A stretch of 64,000 nucleotides of DNA from Camelus dromedarius. Its lineage: Eukaryota. Both the position numbers and the translations under genes were made by a program. This document shows, piece by piece, positions 59,501-64,000 of this stretch. Numbering within the stretch: position 1 is the first letter of the stretch; the number at the start of each line of letters is the position of its first letter. The stretch lies in assembly GCF_036321535.1 (NCBI RefSeq), contig NC_087437.1:5208001-5272000 (forward strand). Reading direction: 5' to 3'. Under the pieces are notes generated by a model that had not been told where the DNA came from, searched no databases, and saw only the letters and a list, made by a program, of their open reading frames with translations.

Positions 59501-62500
59501 CAAATTAAATTCATGTCAAAAGGTACTTACTGCTCACCTGTCATGCGAGGCTCCAGGCCTAAGTGCTCAGGATTGGTCTTCAGAAAGCACATGTGTTATT
59601 ACCCCTCTGGAGGGAGTTCCTTCTGTTAATTTATGCCAGGAACGCATAATGGAACAAACTTACCCTTTTTGTAGAAATTTCTTCAATCCTCGAGTTTGTT
59701 TTTCGGTGATGACTTAAATACCCTTCAGGTAGAGCTTGATGCCAGCAGGTGTTTCCCCCCAACGTGGGCCCACCCCAGCCCTGGGGGTGAATAGGACACG
59801 GACTGCAGCCCATTTTCCAGATGTGGCAGCAGAGGCTCAGAGGAATGAAGGGACTTACTGATTTCTTAGGGGCTGGGATGAAAATGTCTTCTGGCTTCTA
59901 GATCAGTGTGCTTTTCTCCAAACTAAAGGGTCTCAATGCTGCCAGAGCCACTGCCCCCTTTCATTTCTGAAATGAAACTCAAAGTTAATGTAATTGACAC
60001 AGTTTTAAAAAAAACATAATTCTGTGAGTATAATACAAAGGAAGAATAAAGGACAGTGCCCCCATAATCAAAGGCTGTACTTCAGTGTGTAGATGGTGGG
60101 GCGTGTGTAAACCAGAAGACAGAGTGAGGTAGTCAGGTGGCTGTTCCTCTGCTCAGGGTCACTGAATACACGGTGTAGGGATGCAGACAGCGCAGGTGTG
60201 TGGAGGCAGCAGGACCACGCATGCGTGCTGCATACTGGACGTGGTTTCTGGAACAGGGCATGCGTGGGGGTAAAATTCTGGACACAACCAAGTACGGTCT
60301 ACGTAGTGGTGACCTTCTGGAAAATTCAGGCTATGTTAGCTGCACGTCAACAGTACTTTCAGTTTTTTCGTTAAGTGAGTTAGGGTCTAGTCTCAGATCT
60401 TCGCAAACCAGTTTTCAGCTCCGTTTATGTCCCATGGGTCGTTCCGAAGGTAATGGTGCACGGCCAGACGAGCTCTCCAAGTCAAAAAAAAAGCCCCCAT
60501 TTGCTCCCACAATGGCTGGCACCAAACTCCCAGTAGAAACTGGCTCACAAAATTCCTGTGGATTTTAACCATCCTCTGAGTAGGAGCCGGCTTCGGGACA
60601 TTACTGACTTCACAGGACATCTGGTGTCTCTGGACCTGCCCTCTCTTGCCAGCTGGGCTCCCCAAATCATTGTGACATTAGAGAAGTGTCACCATGAATT
60701 TCCAAAGCACCCCCTCACAGGCAGTGTCGCCCCCATGGAGAACCAGTGCTTTCCATACTGGTGGTATTTCTGGTGTAAGTGACCTCACCAGTAAGAGCTG
60801 CTTTTTCTGGATCGGTGTCTGGTCCTCACCCCCTAGTGTGAAACCTCTGGCTGCCTCTTCTGCTCCAGGGAGAAGCCGACAGTACTGAGCAGTGCCACAG
60901 TGCCAGCCACAGCCTGTGGGGCAGGCTGGGCTCTGCCTGCTGATGGCCAGGAGGAAGCGCCTGGTCCCCACACCCCTCTGCCCTGATGAGCCCGGGGCAG
61001 CCACAGTGTGGTGTCACCCACCCCATCCTGACTCTCAGCTCTCAGGCTTTCCTCAGAGCACAGGAGCACCAGCTGCTCACCCAAGGAAACTCAGACTCTC
61101 AGGCTGTCCTCTGAGTCCAGTGCCTCTGTCCACAGCCCAGTTCATCACCTGAAGTTAACAAATGGTAGAGTTACAGAAGTGAGTCTCCTTTTCTCGATAC
61201 CAGAATTGGCTGTGCAGTTGGCATCCCAAAGGCGGGGGTCGGAGGGGAATTGGCCCTGTGTAATGGACAGCTGGAATCAACCCTCAGTGCCCTCGGGAGA
61301 TTGAGAGCAAGCTGTAAAGATGGTCCTAAAACTGATGAAAATGTAGGGGGCAGACGCACTTGGTTTTACTAAGGAAGAACATTTGGTTAAAGACCTTTGG
61401 CGCCAAGGATTAAAGGTGCTTTTCTCTCCTGCCTCAGTGTGCACTTGGCTCTGAAGTGGCCGTGAGAGTGGGTGGAGAGTTCTTCTTTGACCCTCAGCCT
61501 GCGGACGCCTCTAGGAACCTGGTGTTGATCGCAGGGGGAGTCGGAATCAACCCTCTGCTTTCCATCCTGCGGCACTCAGCCGATCTCCACAGAGAACGGG
61601 CCGACAAAGGAAGCGGGTATGAGATGGGGACGGTCACACTCTTCTACAGCGCGAAAAACACCAGCGAGCTCCTGTTTAAGGTAAAGGAGAAGCGTGTGCT
61701 TCGTAGCTAGGTTCTGGTCTTAGGGTCCGTGGAACTTTCTTCTCTCCATTCTGATTTCTCTGCAGCAGGCTTGAAAAGGCTTAATCATGTTCAAATGAGA
61801 GTGAACCAACCCATCTTACCCAGGACAATGGAAAAAGCTCGTGTAGAGGAGGCTCCCAGGGAAGTGACAGGAGAGGACAGATCTGGTGGGCTTGAATCTG
61901 GCAGTGGATGAGCAGAAAAGTCAGCGTGGCCCTGGGGTCCCCTCCAAGAGTCACAAGGCCTGCAAGCGGGCTTGGATGCAGAGGAATCGGGGAGACGGAC
62001 AGAGTTTGGACCCAGCTGGGTCCAGGAAACCCCCATCGGTGGCATCTGTGGAAACTAAGCACATTTGACAGAGAAGGCTTTCACTCGGGGTTGCTTTGCA
62101 GCTGCAAAGATGAACAAAAGAATAGAAACAGTTAAAAGACACAACTGTGGTCAGTGAAACTGCTGCTTAATTGCCCCCCGCTTGAGAGAAAGAAAAAAGA
62201 AAAAAACTCCCGGAGAGTCAGTAATATGCTTGTTAGCATATTCAGATTTCAATTAAAGCCAAATAGCCCTCTACTCTGAATGCTCCGGCCTGCTCGCCGC
62301 AAACAATGTTTCTCTAAGTAGAGAGCCGAGTGGCAGACGTGCGCAGAATGGGAGTGGAGGTTCGGCGGCCGGCGGTGGGGGAGGCGGGGGCTGTAACATC
62401 TGTTTTGATTTTTTGAAATTGTAGTGTGACCAAAATATGTTTGCCATTCCAGAAAAATATCCTCGATTTAGTCAATGAATTTCCCGAGAAGATGGCGTGC

Positions 62501-63371
62501 AGTTTGCATGTCACGAAACAGACTGCACAAATCAGTGCAGAACTCAAGCCGTACATCACGGGTGAGTCCCTCACAGAGATTCTGACCATCTCCACACCAT
62601 GATTTTGTGGATCGGCCGGTTGGTGGAGGGTAGCTGCCTTATGGCCGGGAGTTGCTGGCTGGGAATGTCACTACCTGGGGAACTGAGAGATGATTCATCC
62701 TGGAAAGAATAAGGAGAGATTAGTTGGATTGACTTATTACATACAGATTTCCTCCTGCCCGTATGAAAAATGTATTTTCTGCATTTTTTTAAGGGACCTT
62801 TGCATCATCAGTGTATGTATGCATACAAAGACTTTATACTCCAGCTATGAATGGAATCAGTTCCATTTGCCATTAAGAGAGGTTTCCCTTCTTGGAAGGA
62901 TTTCTCACAAAACAGTTTATTTACTTTGCTGAAGGCAGTTTTGAATCTGTCCCAGAGATCAGTGCACTCCCGGGCCCTGTGTGGAGAGAGCATTACCGTG
63001 AGCTGCCCACGTTGTTTGCCATGAATTCTGGAACCTGGAGGCGCGCTCTCTGCTGGGGTCTGGCCCGGACGCTGACTCAGAACGCAACCCACTGAGCTTG
63101 CGTGGCTGAAAGCAAACACTGTTGCTGAGTTGTGGTTTGTCCTTCCTCATTTCAGTACAAACGTGTCTGGCTTCACTTGGTGTTTTTCCTGTTTTGTTTT
63201 GTTTTGTTTTTGGTAGAAGGAAGAATCACGGAGAAGGAGTTAAGTGATCATATTTCGAAGGAGACTTTGTTCTACATTTGCGGCCCACCTCCGATGACAG
63301 ACTTCTTCTCCAAGGAGCTGGAAGACCGCCACGTGCCCCCGGAGCACATTTGCTTTGAGAAATGGTGGTAG
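20426..63371 (+). CDS. OXNAD1: OXNAD1 full CDS, join(20426..20544,20796..20859,37439..37545,49904..50045,61438..61680,62453..62561,63217..63371); 312-aa oxidoreductase NAD-binding domain protein 1
   Basis: Exons total 939 nt in one frame with consistent phases and GT-AG ends. FNR/b5-reductase motifs [27 protein letters not shown] and C-terminal FEKWW. Confidence 0.97.
20796..20859 (+). CDS. OXNAD1: OXNAD1 coding exon 2
   Basis: taaag|[31 protein letters not shown]. Confidence 0.95.
22073..22270. mobile_element. MER58A hAT element
   Basis: ttggcaaactt...atagtgagtattttaggcttc...gtgtggctgtgttccaataaaac...tttgccaatccc. Confidence 0.8.
24459..24632 (-). pseudogene. ERV pol integrase C-terminal (GPY/F) remnant
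   Basis: Translates [56 protein letters not shown], matching the class I LQPRWKGPYQVLLT...WIH.SHLK pattern. Confidence 0.75.
24962..25055 (+). mobile_element. vic-1-type SINE inserted in provirus A
   Basis: A and B boxes, poly(A); degenerate TSD aaaaggcctttagga / aaagggccttgagga. Confidence 0.9.
26107..27179 (-). mobile_element. L1 fragment (3' part of 5'UTR plus most of ORF1, frameshifted) inside provirus A
   Basis: ORFs 26638-26970 (MRRQRNISQ...EKEFKVM) and 26256-26705 (coiled coil ...[22 protein letters not shown]...ENFPNL) are L1 ORF1p. Confidence 0.9.
29844..30287 (+). mobile_element. Solo ERV1-type LTR, sense to OXNAD1
   Basis: T(A)TGGAC...GTTGACA ends; 4-bp TSD ccac 29840-29843 / 30288-30291; AATAAA 30236-30241. 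Confidence 0.8.
30480..32030 (-). mobile_element. L2 fragment(s), interrupted by SINE
   Basis: Purine-rich antisense L2 motifs such as 'gatttgagctgagacttgaatga', 'gagttctgtgttggacgtgttgtttgaagtg'. Confidence 0.65.
30960..31062 (-). mobile_element. vic-1-type SINE
   Basis: 14-bp TSD tgtgatgtacattt 30946-30959 / 31063-31076. Confidence 0.92.
33990..34740 (-). mobile_element. L2 fragment
   Basis: 'atatttactgaatcttcttatgtgtccggccctgtgcttggtgttggga' antisense L2 tail. Confidence 0.55.
37439..37545 (+). CDS. OXNAD1: OXNAD1 coding exon 3
   Basis: ctgcag|[38 protein letters not shown](W); TG|GTAAGT. Confidence 0.96.
37905..38310 (-). mobile_element. Solo ERV1-type LTR (related to 29844-30287)
   Basis: 'ggagacagcatctcagacagctcct...ctgctctgaagagg' resembles the reverse complement of 30170-30222; boundaries approximate. 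Confidence 0.7.
44229..47682 (-). mobile_element. Internally deleted L1 retaining 5'UTR and 3' end
   Basis: 3'UTR/ORF2 44229-46450 (ORF pieces TLYIENPKD..., [15 protein letters not shown]); ORF1 piece and 5'UTR 46451-47682 ending in YY1 motif CAAGATGGC; TSD tagatcttctttgatt / tagctcttctttaatt. Confidence 0.88.
48338..49376 (-). mobile_element. Younger 5'-truncated L1 (ORF2 C-terminal cysteine-rich domain plus 3'UTR)
   Basis: ORF 48772-49209 [18 protein letters not shown]...[15 protein letters not shown] atagtttctttt 48326-48337 / atggtttctttt 49377-49388. Confidence 0.92.
49904..50045 (+). CDS. OXNAD1: OXNAD1 coding exon 4
   Basis: ttgtag|[57 protein letters not shown]. Confidence 0.97.
51011..51100 (-). 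mobile_element. vic-1-type SINE inside L1
   Basis: TSD ctggcctttt 51001-51010 / 51101-51110. Confidence 0.92.
52043..52355. mobile_element. Tigger1-derived non-autonomous DNA transposon
   Basis: 'gaaggtttgtggcaaccctgc', 'ttattgcacacttaatagact', end 'gtggtctggaacc...ctcccaggtccgcctg'. Confidence 0.8.
53107..58290 (-). mobile_element. Degenerate ERV1-class (MER4-group-like) provirus B with two LTRs, antisense in OXNAD1 intron
   Basis: 3' LTR 53107-53524 with PPT 53525-53538; 5' LTR about 57849-58290; MER4-type PBS-like stretch about 57826-57848; TSD gagc/gaac; env TM remnant; internal homology with provirus A. Confidence 0.85.
53880..54012 (-). pseudogene. env transmembrane-subunit remnant (immunosuppressive domain plus decayed CX6CC)
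   Basis: [13 protein letters not shown] (ORF 53824-54114), then after a frameshift [13 protein letters not shown] (ORF 53699-53953); compare NRxALDxLLAxxGGxCxxxxxxCC. Confidence 0.75.
61438..61680 (+). CDS. OXNAD1: OXNAD1 coding exon 5 (NAD-binding GxGxxP motif)
   Basis: cctcag|[23 protein letters not shown]...[15 protein letters not shown]...ELLFK; AAG|GTAAAG. Confidence 0.97.
62453..62561 (+). CDS. OXNAD1: OXNAD1 coding exon 6
   Basis: ttccag|[46 protein letters not shown]. Confidence 0.96.
63217..63371 (+). CDS. OXNAD1: OXNAD1 last coding exon
   Basis: (GTTTT)n tract, tggtag|AA; (E)[53 protein letters not shown]. Confidence 0.97.
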
Positions 63372-63511
63372 GAGCTGGCCGAGGCGGGAAAGGGAGCGTC
63401 AGGGCCACTCAGGACAGTGACAGATAGTACGTTCTGTGATTCCTGGCAGGATGAGTTGACCTCTCCCCAGTCTTAGGTTTTTAAGGCTGTGAACTAAGTG
63501 ACCAGTTGGTG

Positions 63512-63782
63512 AATAAAAGGAAAACCGGCTGACAGTCTTAAGTGATAAACTTTTTGCAAAAGCCTCATTGATTAAACTCTTTCTTACCATGTTGAGTTGC
63601 TTTTATGAGTCACTGATTATCTCAGGCCGTACCTCAAATTGGTCAATACAGATTTTCTTTCCCCTTAAGGAAAAGAAAGACATATCCATATATTTCATCC
63701 TATGAAGATATGGTTTTGTGGGTGACATATAGGCTATCTTTAAATTATTTGACAACAATCTGTGTATCTTACGTTGAATAAA
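63512..63782 (+). terminator. Tandem OXNAD1 polyadenylation signals
   Basis: AATAAA 63512-63517, ATTAAA 63571-63576, AATAAA 63777-63782; the last has an upstream TGTA and a downstream GT/T-rich tract. Confidence 0.6.
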
Positions 63783-64000
63783 CTTAAACCTATTCTTAAT
63801 TTTGCTGTGAAATTCTTTCTGTGTAATGTCTCTGTTTACCTTAGTGTGGCCGGCAGGCTTGCTTCTTCCAACCAGCAGAGTTGGGTTTGGAAATAGAGCA
63901 GTTAGGAGAGCAGCTTTAGGGAAGCGAACATCCAGCATATTTGCTTCATGTATATGAATATCCTCAGTATGTATCCTTTCAGTTTCTCCTCAAATGCAGC

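Noticed and set aside
1..64000. CRISPR arrays, rRNA, operons or other prokaryotic systems
   Set aside because: None seen; the window is intron-rich mammalian DNA

Overview
Mammalian genomic DNA, probably camelid, judged from the tRNA-derived vic-1-type SINEs. The window holds the head-to-head DPH3 (minus) / OXNAD1 (plus) pair sharing a CpG-island bidirectional promoter at about 12.9-13.8 kb. DPH3 has three coding exons (13016-13123, 12419-12493, 8871-8936) giving an intact 82-aa CSL-finger protein. OXNAD1 has seven coding exons (20426-63371, 939 nt) giving an intact 312-aa FAD/NAD-binding FNR/cytochrome b5 reductase-like protein. The introns carry two related, degenerate, antisense ERV1-type proviruses with complementary deletions, one containing an L1 5'UTR/ORF1 fragment. 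They also carry solo LTRs, a nested stack of three L1s, SINEs with TSDs and old MIR/L2/MER elements. The most interesting idea is an inference only: DPH3 is an electron carrier that needs a cytochrome b5 reductase-type reductase, and it shares a promoter with such an enzyme. Repeat family names come from recalled consensus resemblance, not from a database search.
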